A stretch of DNA of 64,000 nucleotides from Acidimicrobiales bacterium (GTDB lineage: Bacteria > Actinomycetota > Acidimicrobiia > Acidimicrobiales > AC-14), in NCBI GenBank assembly GCA_036260255.1, contig DATAAF010000005.1, positions 22,947 through 86,946 on the forward strand, in the 5' to 3' direction. A model generated the notes under the pieces. The model saw only the letters and a program-made list of their open reading frames with translations. It was not told the DNA's origin and did no database searches. The translations under genes and the position numbers were made by a program. Below, in pieces: positions 46,825-55,396 of the stretch (position 1 is its first letter; each line of letters opens with the position of its first letter).

Positions 46825-48735
46825 CTACGTCTCCTGCGTCTGGTTGCGGGGCCAGTACCAGCCGACCATGGCCACGAAGCAGGCGACGACCCCGAAGATG
46901 GCGAGGGTCCACCACTCCATCAGCAGTAAGAAGAACAGGACCGTCATGGCGACCGCCAGGTTGAACGGCCAGGGCGTGGCGTGGGGCATGTGCACGACCG
47001 CCTGGGGTCGGGCGTCGAGCATGCTGGTCGACAGGGTGAGGTGCCCGCCGGTGAGCGGGCGTCCGCCGTCGGGCGGTGCCTGGAAGCCCTCAGCCAGCTC
47101 CGGTTGGTCCCACATCGGCTCCCGGGACTTGACGGTCGGGACGGTGACGAAGTTGTAGTGGGCCGGCGGCGAGGACGTGTACCACTCGAGCGTCTCGCCC
47201 TTCCACGGGTCGTTTCCGGCGACCGGCCCCCGTGCCTTGGCCCAGTACCAGTTGACGAAGGTGACCAGCACCCCGAGGGCGAGCATGAAGGCACCGATCG
47301 TCGAGGCCAGGTTCAGGGCGTCCCAGCCCAGGCCTTCCTCGTACGTGTACACCCGGCGGGGCATGCCGAGCAGCCCGAGGATGTGCTGGGGGAAGAAGGC
47401 GAGGTTGAACCCCACGAACATGAGCCAGAAGCTGATCTTCCCCCACTTCTCGTGCAGGATGCGCCCGGTCATCTTGGGCCCCCAGTGGTAGATGGCGCCG
47501 AAGATCGGGAACACGGCGCTGCCCACGAGCACGTAGTGCAGGTGGGCGACCACGAAGTAGGTGTCGTGCAGGGCCTGGTCGAGGGCCACGGCGGCGAACA
47601 TGACGCCGGTCACGCCGCCGATCACGAAGATCACGATGAAGCCCATCACGAAGAGCGTGGGCGTGGAGAGTTTGGGTCGGCCCGAGACCAGCGTGGCCAG
47701 CCAGGCGAACACCTGGATACCGCTCGGTATGGCAATCATGAAGCTGGCCAGAGAGATGAAGCTGACGGTGACGTTGGGGAGTCCCACCGCGAACATGTGG
47801 TGGACCCACACGCCGAACCCCAACAGGGCGACGGCCAGCTCGCCGATGACGATGTAGGTGTAGCCGACCATGGGCCGGCGGCTCCACGTGGGGATGATGG
47901 CGGAGGCGATGCCGAACCCGGGCAGGGCGACGATGTAGACCTCGGGGTGGCCGAAGATCCAGAACAGATGCTGCCAAAGCAGCGGGTCGCCGCCCCCCTC
48001 GGCCTCGAAGAAGTGGAAGCCGAACTTGCGCTCGAGGGTGAGCATGACCGCCGCGAGCGTGAGGGCGGGCAGGGCGAACACGATCTGGAGGGCCATGGCC
48101 AGCTCGCCCCAGACGAAGATCGGGATCCTCTTGAGGGTCATCCCCGGCGCCCGCAGCTTGAGGATGGTCACGATGAAGTTGATGGCGCCGGCGGTGGAGG
48201 AGAACCCGAGGAAGATCAGGCCCAGGGTGTAGTAGTCGATGTTGATCCCGGGCGTGAACCCCTCGCCCGCCAGGGGTAGGTAGTTGAACCACCCGGCGTT
48301 GGGCGCCTGGCCGATGAAGAACGACGAGTACATGAAGATCCCGGCGCCGAGCAGCACCCAGTAGCCGAAGGCGTTGAGGCGGGGGAACGCCATGTCCCGG
48401 GCACCGATCATCAGGGGCACGAAGTAGTTGCCGAAACCGGACAGCACCTGCATCGCGAACAGGAACATCATCGTGATGCCGTGCATGCTGAAGAGCTGGT
48501 TGTAGGCCTCGGGGTTCATCAGCTCGAGGTCGGGCCCGGCCAGCTGCATCCTCATCAGCAGGGACTGGACGCCGCCGATGACGAAGAACGCCATCCCCGT
48601 GTAGAAGTAGCGCATCCCGATGCGCTTGTGATCGACCGTCGAGATCCAGCTGCCGAGACCGCGCGGCTCGTGCCACGTCTCGTCGAGCTGCTCGCCGATC
48701 TCCTCCTTCGGTTCCGGCTCGAGAACGGTGGTCAA
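46825..48735 (-). CDS. ctaD: Cytochrome c oxidase subunit I CtaD, with an extra C-terminal region of about 90 aa
   Basis: HKRIGMRYF, FSMHGITMMFLFAMQ, GNYFVPLMIGARDMAFPRLN, WQHLFWIFGHPEVYI, WVHHMF, HDTYFVVAHLHYVL. The C-terminal extension contains hydrophobic stretches (PWPFNLAVAMTVLFFLLLMEWWTLAIFGVVACFVAMVGW). Confidence 0.95.
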   Translation of the reverse strand: MTTVLEPEPKEEIGEQLDETWHEPRGLGSWISTVDHKRIGMRYFYTGMAFFVIGGVQSLLMRMQLAGPDLELMNPEAYNQLFSMHGITMMFLFAMQVLSGFGNYFVPLMIGARDMAFPRLNAFGYWVLLGAGIFMYSSFFIGQAPNAGWFNYLPLAGEGFTPGINIDYYTLGLIFLGFSSTAGAINFIVTILKLRAPGMTLKRIPIFVWGELAMALQIVFALPALTLAAVMLTLERKFGFHFFEAEGGGDPLLWQHLFWIFGHPEVYIVALPGFGIASAIIPTWSRRPMVGYTYIVIGELAVALLGFGVWVHHMFAVGLPNVTVSFISLASFMIAIPSGIQVFAWLATLVSGRPKLSTPTLFVMGFIVIFVIGGVTGVMFAAVALDQALHDTYFVVAHLHYVLVGSAVFPIFGAIYHWGPKMTGRILHEKWGKISFWLMFVGFNLAFFPQHILGLLGMPRRVYTYEEGLGWDALNLASTIGAFMLALGVLVTFVNWYWAKARGPVAGNDPWKGETLEWYTSSPPAHYNFVTVPTVKSREPMWDQPELAEGFQAPPDGGRPLTGGHLTLSTSMLDARPQAVVHMPHATPWPFNLAVAMTVLFFLLLMEWWTLAIFGVVACFVAMVGWYWPRNQTQET

Positions 48736-48744
48736 AGGCCCCTC

Positions 48745-49827
48745 CTACTCAAGGGTCATCAGGTAGTCGACGAGGGCGGACAGCTCGTCGGGGGCGATCT
48801 CGGTGGGAGGCATGCTGGCCCCCGGCTTGGCGTTCTGGGCGTTCAGGACGAAGTCGGCCAGGTTGTCGCGGTTGAGGCGGAGAAGCCCGGCACCGATCGT
48901 CTGTCTCGACGCCAGGTGGGTGAGGTCGGGGCCGAGGTTGCCGGCGGCGGTCGTCCCCCGGACGGCGTGGCAGCCGGCACAGGAGGAGGCGAGGAAGAGG
49001 TCACGGCCGGCGCGGGCCGGCGCCGTCGTGGGCTCCTGGGCAGGGGCGGCCTGGCTGGCGAGCCAGCGCTCGAACTCGGCGGGTGGCTGGGCCTCGACGT
49101 AGAACACCATGCGGGCGTGCTGGAGGCCGCAGTACTCGGTGCACTGCCCCCGGTAGCGGCCGGGCTCGTCGGCCTGGAGCCACAGGCGGTTGTCCATGCC
49201 GGGGACCTGGTCCTGCTTCACGTTGAGCTGCGGCACCCAGAAGCTGTGGATCACGTCGGCGGTGGAGAGCTTCACCTCGACCGCCTGGCCGACGGGGATG
49301 TGGATCTCGTTGGCCGTCACCGCCCCGTTGGGGTAGCGCGCCTCCCACCACCAGTTGCGCCCCACGACCTCGATCTCCATGGTCGGCTCGTCGGGGGGCT
49401 CGGCCAGGGCGTTGAGCTCGGCGAGCGAGTAGGCGAAGAACCCGGCCAGGATGACACCCGACACGACCAGGCCGGCGACCACGATGAAGCGCTCGCCCCA
49501 CGGAACGGGGCGCTTGTCGATGGCGTCCTCGTCCCCCTCGGGCGGAGGGCGACGGCCCCGCTGGACGGCTCGGAGAACGAAGGCGACGACGAAGACGACG
49601 GCGACCACCGACGTCCAGAACGTGAGCCACCAGAGCCGCTCGACACGCTCGCCGGCCTCGGAGCGGGGCTCGAGGATCGACGCCTCGCCGGAGCACCCGG
49701 TGAGGAGCACCGCGACGAGGCCGATGGACGTGGCGGCGGCGAGGCCCCAGCCGCGTCTCTCAGCCGTCTCCGCCCGGGCCCCGGGGAGGGCCCCCTGGGG
49801 TCGTCGATCCCACGAAGGACCGATCAC
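48745..49827 (-). CDS. ctaC: Cytochrome c oxidase subunit II CtaC with fused C-terminal cytochrome c domain (caa3 type)
   Basis: Lipobox LLTGCSG, two TM helices, CuA site VIHSFWVP..CTEYCGLQHARM, then heme c motif CAGCH. Confidence 0.9.
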   Translation of the reverse strand: MIGPSWDRRPQGALPGARAETAERRGWGLAAATSIGLVAVLLTGCSGEASILEPRSEAGERVERLWWLTFWTSVVAVVFVVAFVLRAVQRGRRPPPEGDEDAIDKRPVPWGERFIVVAGLVVSGVILAGFFAYSLAELNALAEPPDEPTMEIEVVGRNWWWEARYPNGAVTANEIHIPVGQAVEVKLSTADVIHSFWVPQLNVKQDQVPGMDNRLWLQADEPGRYRGQCTEYCGLQHARMVFYVEAQPPAEFERWLASQAAPAQEPTTAPARAGRDLFLASSCAGCHAVRGTTAAGNLGPDLTHLASRQTIGAGLLRLNRDNLADFVLNAQNAKPGASMPPTEIAPDELSALVDYLMTLE

Positions 49828-49867
49828 CGGGCGGAAGTCTTATCGCACGCGCCCCCGCACGCCAAAC

Positions 49868-49889
49868 GGCCCCCCGCCAAGGGGGGGCC
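49868..49889 (-). terminator. GC hairpin (8-bp stem GGCCCCCC/GGGGGGCC) downstream of the 85-aa membrane protein gene
   Basis: Read directly. On the minus strand it is followed by GUUUGG. Separates that gene from the cta operon promoter region. Confidence 0.45.
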
Positions 49890-49928
49890 GCAGGTCCTGA
49901 CTGCGGGAGATCGGGCTCTGGGGCCCCG

Positions 49929-50186
49929 TCAGCCGACGTAGGGGTCGCGGCGCACGAACCGGCGCCGGGCGCCGACCGGCTCGTCGACCACGTCGTCAGC
50001 GACGACCGGGCGTCGCCCCCACCCTCCGCCGTTGAGGACGATGAGGCTCCACAGCAGGCCGATGGCGCCGGCGATCATGAGGATGACCCCGACGGTGCCG
50101 ATGTCGACGCCGGAGACGCTCAGCTCGACCGCGAACTTGAGGATGGCCCCGACGGCGATGAGAAAGACGCTGATTCCGATACCCAT
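49929..50186 (-). CDS. Small two-TM membrane protein (resembles DUF6458 family)
   Basis: MGIGISVFLIAVGAILKFAV..GVDIGTVGVILMIAGAIGLLWSL. Confidence 0.7.
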   Translation of the reverse strand: MGIGISVFLIAVGAILKFAVELSVSGVDIGTVGVILMIAGAIGLLWSLIVLNGGGWGRRPVVADDVVDEPVGARRRFVRRDPYVG

Positions 50187-50339
50187 GGTTCCTCCGGTGT
50201 GAGCGGTTCGCCCGGTGCCTCTGCTGTACCCGGCGACCGGCCCCGCCTAACCACGTGGAGCGCGCCATCCACCACTGCGCGGGCGGTCGTCATTACGGTC
50301 GGCGAAGTGGCGGCCGACGCACCCGGCGACCTGTCCACC

Positions 50340-50843
50340 ATGCCCCACGGAGGGGGCGAGGCCGGCGCCCGGCGGCGGCGGCACCTGCGCCGGGCCTTCT
50401 TCGCCGCCCTCACGGCCGTCCTCCTCCTCGGCGCCTTGGGCTTCCTGGGGCCGCGGACCGGAGAGGTGTCCGCCCAGGGCGCGGGCGTCGAGCTCACCGT
50501 CGGCTACCCGACCGTGAACCGGCCCGGGCTGGCCGCCAAGGTGTCGTTCGAGGTGCGCCGGGCGGCCGGCGCCGACACGCCGGTGACGCTGGCGGTCACC
50601 TCGTCGTACTTCGACGCCCTCGCCGAGGTCACGGTCGACCCCGAGCCGGTGCGCTCCACCGCCGACGCCGACCGCACCATCTGGACGTTCGAGCCGTCTC
50701 CCGGAGCCGACACCCTGGTGGTCACGGTGCAGGGCCGCATCCACCCCTCGGGGCGCGTCGGGCGGCCGGCGGCCACCGCCGCGGTGCTCGAGAACGGCGA
50801 GCCCGTCGTCTCCGTCCGGTTCTCGACCGTAGTGGTGGCCTGA
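50340..50843 (+). CDS. Hypothetical membrane-anchored protein
   Basis: ATG at 50340 chosen. Arg-rich N-terminus, TM FFAALTAVLLLGALGFLG, then a beta-rich domain. TGATG junction with the next gene. Confidence 0.5.
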   Translation: MPHGGGEAGARRRRHLRRAFFAALTAVLLLGALGFLGPRTGEVSAQGAGVELTVGYPTVNRPGLAAKVSFEVRRAAGADTPVTLAVTSSYFDALAEVTVDPEPVRSTADADRTIWTFEPSPGADTLVVTVQGRIHPSGRVGRPAATAAVLENGEPVVSVRFSTVVVA

Positions 50844-51322
50844 TGGACGTGATCGTGCGGGCGACGGTCGTCTACTTCGTCGTGTGGATGGTGGTGCGGG
50901 GGACGGGCAAGCGGGAGCTGGCGGAGATGACCGCCTTCGAGCTGGTCCTGCTCGTCACCATCGGCGACCTCGTCCAGCAGGCCGTCACCCAGCAGGACAC
51001 CTCCGTCACCGGCGGCATCCTCGCCATCGGCACCATCGCCTTCTGGATCGTCGCCACGTCCTACGTGTCGTTCCGCTTCCCCCGTACCCGTGCCCTCATC
51101 GAGGGCGTGCCCGTCGTGATCCTGCGGGACGGCGAGCCTCTCGAGAGGGTGCTCCACGTCGAGCGGATGACCCTCGAGGAGCTGAAGGGAGGGGCCCGCG
51201 GCCAGGGCATCGCCGACCTGGGCGAGGTGCGGTTCGCGGTGCTGGAGCCGGACGGGAAGCTGTCGTTCGTCACCCGCAAGCCCGGCGAGCAGCACGAGCC
51301 GGACGAGAAGCTCACGGCCTAG
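50843..51322 (+). CDS. DUF421 (YetF-like) membrane protein
   Basis: VVYFVVWMVVRGTGKRELAEMTAFELVLLVTIGDLVQQA..LRDGEPLERVLHVERMTLEELKGGARGQGI. Confidence 0.75.
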   Translation: MDVIVRATVVYFVVWMVVRGTGKRELAEMTAFELVLLVTIGDLVQQAVTQQDTSVTGGILAIGTIAFWIVATSYVSFRFPRTRALIEGVPVVILRDGEPLERVLHVERMTLEELKGGARGQGIADLGEVRFAVLEPDGKLSFVTRKPGEQHEPDEKLTA

Positions 51323-51332
51323 GCTGCGCCGG

Positions 51333-52325
51333 TCAGGAGCGGGCGAGCATCCCTTCGTCGGCCCGATCGGTGCGGCGGGCCAGGCGCTCGGCCTGGCGGC
51401 GGCCCACCTGCTCGAGGCGCTCGATCGTGCGGTGGAGCTTCTCCCGTGCCTGCTCGGCCTCGGGCGACAGGCCCTCCAGGGCGTCGACGCGCCAGTGGCG
51501 GAGCACGACCGGGCAGACGATCTGGTCGTGGTGGATGGCGAGGTTGTAGATGCCGGAGCGGGCAATGGCGACGGCGTGGGCGGTGAACCCCGGGATCCCG
51601 GTGCCGGGCATCTCGAAGCCGGTGACCTGACGCTCGATGGCGGCGACCATCGCCGAGGGCTCGATCTCCAGGGCGGCCGAGGTGAGGTCCCGGTAGAAGA
51701 GGTAGTGCAGATTCTCGTCGGCCGCCACCCGGGCCATCACCTCGTAGCCCGCCTGGTCGGGGACGACCTTGCCGGTGTTGCGATGGGCGATACGGGTGGC
51801 CAGCTCCTGCAGGCACAGGTAGACGAACATGTCGGGCACGGTCGGAGGCTGTGGCGTCTCGGCGCGCGTCACCTGCACCATGCGGTCCCGCTCGAGGGCG
51901 GTGGGGTCGATGGCACGGGTGACCGTGAGGTAGTCGCGGATCACCATGGCGTGCCGCATCTCCTCGGCCGTCCACCGGCGGCTCCACTCGCGGTAGCCGT
52001 CGTGGGCGAGGACGCGGTCGATGGTCTGGAAGTAGTAGGGCAGGTTGTCCTCGGTGAGGAGGTTCACCACGAGGGCGCTGCGGACGGCGTCGGGCAGGGG
52101 GAACTCGTCGGGGTGCCACTCGTACCCGGGTTCGAAGTCACGACCTCGGCTCCAGGGCACCAGCTGGTGCGGGAACCACTCCTTGGCGCTGGAGAGGTGG
52201 CGATCCAAGAGCCCGTCGACCACCGGGCGCAGTTCGCGAAGCAGGGAGACATCGTCCAAGAGCGGTGATGTTACCGCTTGGCCGGTGGGGCGATCACATT
52301 GGCCGGAACACGAACGGGGGTACAT
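51333..52325 (-). CDS. Acyl-ACP (stearoyl-ACP-type) desaturase, soluble di-iron family (DesA-like)
   Basis: LLTEDNLPYY, WTAEEMRHAMVIRDYL and VAADENLHYLFYRD (ExxH di-iron motifs). Start uncertain (ATG at 52325 or further downstream). Confidence 0.85.
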   Translation of the reverse strand: MYPRSCSGQCDRPTGQAVTSPLLDDVSLLRELRPVVDGLLDRHLSSAKEWFPHQLVPWSRGRDFEPGYEWHPDEFPLPDAVRSALVVNLLTEDNLPYYFQTIDRVLAHDGYREWSRRWTAEEMRHAMVIRDYLTVTRAIDPTALERDRMVQVTRAETPQPPTVPDMFVYLCLQELATRIAHRNTGKVVPDQAGYEVMARVAADENLHYLFYRDLTSAALEIEPSAMVAAIERQVTGFEMPGTGIPGFTAHAVAIARSGIYNLAIHHDQIVCPVVLRHWRVDALEGLSPEAEQAREKLHRTIERLEQVGRRQAERLARRTDRADEGMLARS

Positions 52326-52407
52326 CCGCGCATGCCGCCACGCGATCCGGGCCCCGCCATTGGCGTCGTGGTGCTCGTCGAGCTCCGGGTCAGCGTCGGC
52401 CGCTGGC

Positions 52408-53652
52408 TCAGGCAGGAGAGCGCTCGGGCCGAGGGCTGAAGACGGCGAGCGGCCGCTCCTCCTTGGCGATCGTGAACTCGGGCGAGCCGTCGAACGTCTC
52501 GCCGTCGCGCGCCAGCCGGAGGGGGCCGTCGAGGGCCCGCACGCGGAGCTCACGCGCCGAGAACGCCTCGTAGGCCCGGCACCGGCCGAGCGTGCCGGTC
52601 AGCACCGCCAGCAGGAGCCGGGTGCGGGCCCACGGCTGAGATGCGTCGACGAGGCGGACGTCGAGCTCGCCGTCGTCGAGCCGCTCCCGCCACGTCGGCG
52701 CGAACCCCGCCGGGTGATACCGGCAGTTCCCGACGAAGATCATCCCGAGCGTCCGCCGGCGCCCGTCGATCTCGACCCGCACCGCCGATCCCCGGCGCAG
52801 GATCCGAAAGAGCGCCACCACCAGCGCGGGCCACTTGCCGATGCGACCCTCCAGGCGCTCCCGGGCGTCGACCAGGGCGCTGTACCCGCCGAAGCTGGCG
52901 GTGTTGAGGAAGGGATGGCCGTCGATCGTCCCGAGGTCGACGGCGACGGTGTGGCCCTGGCGGAACGCACGGATCGCGTCGTCGGCGCTCGTCAGCCCCA
53001 GGTCCCGGGCCAGGTGGTTGAGCGTCCCGGCGGGGACGACCAGCAAGGGCTTTCCCGACCGGTGGGCGACGGCGGCGGCGGCGTTGATCGACCCGTCGCC
53101 GCCCGCCACGCCCAGGGCCCGGGCGCCGCCCACGGCCCGCTCCAGGGCGGCGGGCAGGCCGAAGCCCTCGCCCACCTCGAGGACCTCGGCCGCCGGCAGC
53201 GCCTCGCGCAGCCGACGGGTGCAGCTCTGGCGGACGGGTGAGCCGGCCGCGAGGTTCACGACCACCGCCAGGCCCTCGCCGTCGCCGCCCGGCTCCACGC
53301 TCACCGGGGTGTGCGCGGACCGGATCTCGGGCGGCGTCCGGGACGCCAACGGCCACACGCGGGTGGTCAGTAGGGCAGCGCCCGCCCCCGCGGCCGTCCC
53401 GGCGGCCAGGACGGGAACCGAGACCGGCGGCCGGCCCGGTCGCCGCCCGATGACGAGCGCCACCGCCGTCGCCGACAGGGCGACGCCCACGGCCGGCAGC
53501 TCCAGCCCCGCTCCGACGACCAGCCCGGCTCCGGCGGCGGTGACCCGCAGCTCCCCGTCGTGACCGCGGCGGAGGGTCGTCGCCGCCGTCCCCAACCCTC
53601 CGGCGACGACGCCGCGCAGGAGGGCCCGGCGCACGAACCGTCCGCGACTCAC
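52408..53652 (-). CDS. Diacylglycerol kinase-family lipid kinase (YegS/BmrU-like) with N-terminal TM segments
   Basis: GVAGGDGSINAAAAV (GGDG motif), LLVVPAGTLNHLARDLG, FLNTASFGGYS. Confidence 0.8.
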   Translation of the reverse strand: MSRGRFVRRALLRGVVAGGLGTAATTLRRGHDGELRVTAAGAGLVVGAGLELPAVGVALSATAVALVIGRRPGRPPVSVPVLAAGTAAGAGAALLTTRVWPLASRTPPEIRSAHTPVSVEPGGDGEGLAVVVNLAAGSPVRQSCTRRLREALPAAEVLEVGEGFGLPAALERAVGGARALGVAGGDGSINAAAAVAHRSGKPLLVVPAGTLNHLARDLGLTSADDAIRAFRQGHTVAVDLGTIDGHPFLNTASFGGYSALVDARERLEGRIGKWPALVVALFRILRRGSAVRVEIDGRRRTLGMIFVGNCRYHPAGFAPTWRERLDDGELDVRLVDASQPWARTRLLLAVLTGTLGRCRAYEAFSARELRVRALDGPLRLARDGETFDGSPEFTIAKEERPLAVFSPRPERSPA

Positions 53653-53802
53653 GCCCGACGCCTACCCCCGGCCGCCCGCTCGCAACGCCACGACCGTCCG
53701 CCCCGATGGCGAGTCGACCGCTCTTCCTCCCCCGCCAGGCGGAGGCCGAAGATCACGAGCGCGGCGGATGGCAGCGGAGGCGCTTCTCCGTACTCTCCGG
53801 GC

Positions 53803-54924
53803 ATGCGCACTGTCAAGGACATGAACGTCCGGCGGCCACGTTCTTCCCGCCGTGACGACCTGTTGACGATGTTCTTCGCCGCCTGGTTGGTGATCGGCGT
53901 CTTCGTCGACGGCTGGGCCCACAACAACGACAAGCCCGAGTCCTTCTTCACGCCGTGGCACGGGCTGTTCTACTCCGGCTTCGCCGCCTGCGCCGGCTGG
54001 ATGTGCTGGCAGGTGGCCCGCCACCAGCGGAGGGGTGCCCGCGGGCTCGCCGCCGTCCCCGTCGGCTACGGCCTCGGCCTCCTCGGGGTTGGCATCTTCG
54101 CCCTCGGCGGTGTCGGCGACCTCGTCTGGCACGAGATCTTCGGCATCGAGGTGGACCTCGAGGCGCTGCTGAGCCCTTCGCACCTGACCCTTTTCGCCGG
54201 AGGGCTGCTGGTCGTGACCAGCCCGCTGCGGGCGGCCTGGTCGGACCCGTCCTCGAGCTCGCCCACGTTCGGACAGCTCCTCCCCGCCCTGCTCTCGGCC
54301 ACCCTCACCGCCGCCCAGGTCGCCTTCTTCATGATGAGCTACTCGCCCTGGCTCACCAGCGCGCACCAGCACGCGCCGTACATGGTCATCGAGGAGCAGG
54401 TCGACCCCCGGTTCGCCGACTGGTTCGTCGAGGAGGTCCAGCTCGAGGGGCTGGCCGCCATCCTGGTCACGACGCTCGTGCTCATGGTGCCGGCGCTGCT
54501 CCTGCTCCGGCGCTGGCGTCTGCCCTTCGGGAGCTTGACCCTGCTCTTCGGGTCGGTCGCGACCCTGTCGGCCGCCATCGAGTCCTTCGATACGGGATCG
54601 ACGTTCCTGGCCGGCCTGTTCGGTGGCGTGGCCGCCGACCTGCTGGTCCGTCGGCTCCGACCGTCCCCCGAGCGCCCGGGCGCCGTCCGCCTGTTCGCCT
54701 TCGCCGCCCCCGCCGCCCTCTGGCTCTCCTTCTTCGCCCTGCTGGGGCTCGAGTTCAGCGTGGGTTGGTCGGTCGAGCTGTGGGCGGGCTCCACGTTCAT
54801 GGCCGGGCTGGCCGCCGTGGGCGCCTCCTTCATCACCGCCCCGCCCGCCCTCCCCGCCCCGGTCCTGGCCTCGGACGAGCCCCGGTACGGTGAGGTGCGT
54901 GCCCGGGTGCCCGCACGTCCTTGA
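53803..54924 (+). CDS. Hypothetical polytopic membrane protein
   Basis: ATG at 53803. About 9-10 hydrophobic segments, conserved-looking WAHNNDKPESFFTPWHG. No family recognised. Confidence 0.6.
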   Translation: MRTVKDMNVRRPRSSRRDDLLTMFFAAWLVIGVFVDGWAHNNDKPESFFTPWHGLFYSGFAACAGWMCWQVARHQRRGARGLAAVPVGYGLGLLGVGIFALGGVGDLVWHEIFGIEVDLEALLSPSHLTLFAGGLLVVTSPLRAAWSDPSSSSPTFGQLLPALLSATLTAAQVAFFMMSYSPWLTSAHQHAPYMVIEEQVDPRFADWFVEEVQLEGLAAILVTTLVLMVPALLLLRRWRLPFGSLTLLFGSVATLSAAIESFDTGSTFLAGLFGGVAADLLVRRLRPSPERPGAVRLFAFAAPAALWLSFFALLGLEFSVGWSVELWAGSTFMAGLAAVGASFITAPPALPAPVLASDEPRYGEVRARVPARP

Positions 54925-55393
54925 GGTCCGCGACGACTGGCCGGCGCTCGCCGACCCCGTCTGCGAGTCCTGTGTCCGGGGCGGATCCCGGTGGGTCAGC
55001 CTCCGCCGCTGCCTCAGCTGCGGGCAGGTCGGGTGCTGCGACTCGAGCCCCGGCCGCCACGCGACCGCCCATCACCGCCGCACCGGCCACCCGGTGATCC
55101 GGAGCCTCCAGCCCGGGCAGGACTGGGTCTGGTGCTACCTCGACGAGCGCTCGCTGCGCCAGGTGGGCGGGGAGTGGCGGGAGGTCGACTTCTTCTTCGA
55201 GGTGGGCCTCGGGTACATGAGGGAGCACGTGCAGGCGGGTGGCAGCACCGACGTGGACCCCGAGAAGACGATCGGCAAGGGGTTCCCACTGGGCGCGTGG
55301 GCGGCCGAGGTGCGCCGGCGCGACGTCGCCGGCGAGCTCACCGAGGACCAGGCGTCCGCCCTCGCCGAGCTCCCGGGCTGGGGCCGGGCGTAG
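54890..55393 (+). CDS. UBP-type zinc-finger protein fused to a helicase-associated (HA)-like domain
   Basis: CESCVRGGSRWVSLRRCLSCGQVGCCDSSPGRHATAHHRRTGHPV matches the zf-UBP pattern. C-terminal GFPLGAWAAEVRRRDVAGELTEDQASALAELPGW matches the HA-domain pattern. Start (GTG at 54890 or 54899) overlaps the upstream gene. Confidence 0.7.
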   Translation: MRCVPGCPHVLEVRDDWPALADPVCESCVRGGSRWVSLRRCLSCGQVGCCDSSPGRHATAHHRRTGHPVIRSLQPGQDWVWCYLDERSLRQVGGEWREVDFFFEVGLGYMREHVQAGGSTDVDPEKTIGKGFPLGAWAAEVRRRDVAGELTEDQASALAELPGWGRA

Positions 55394-55396
55394 CCC

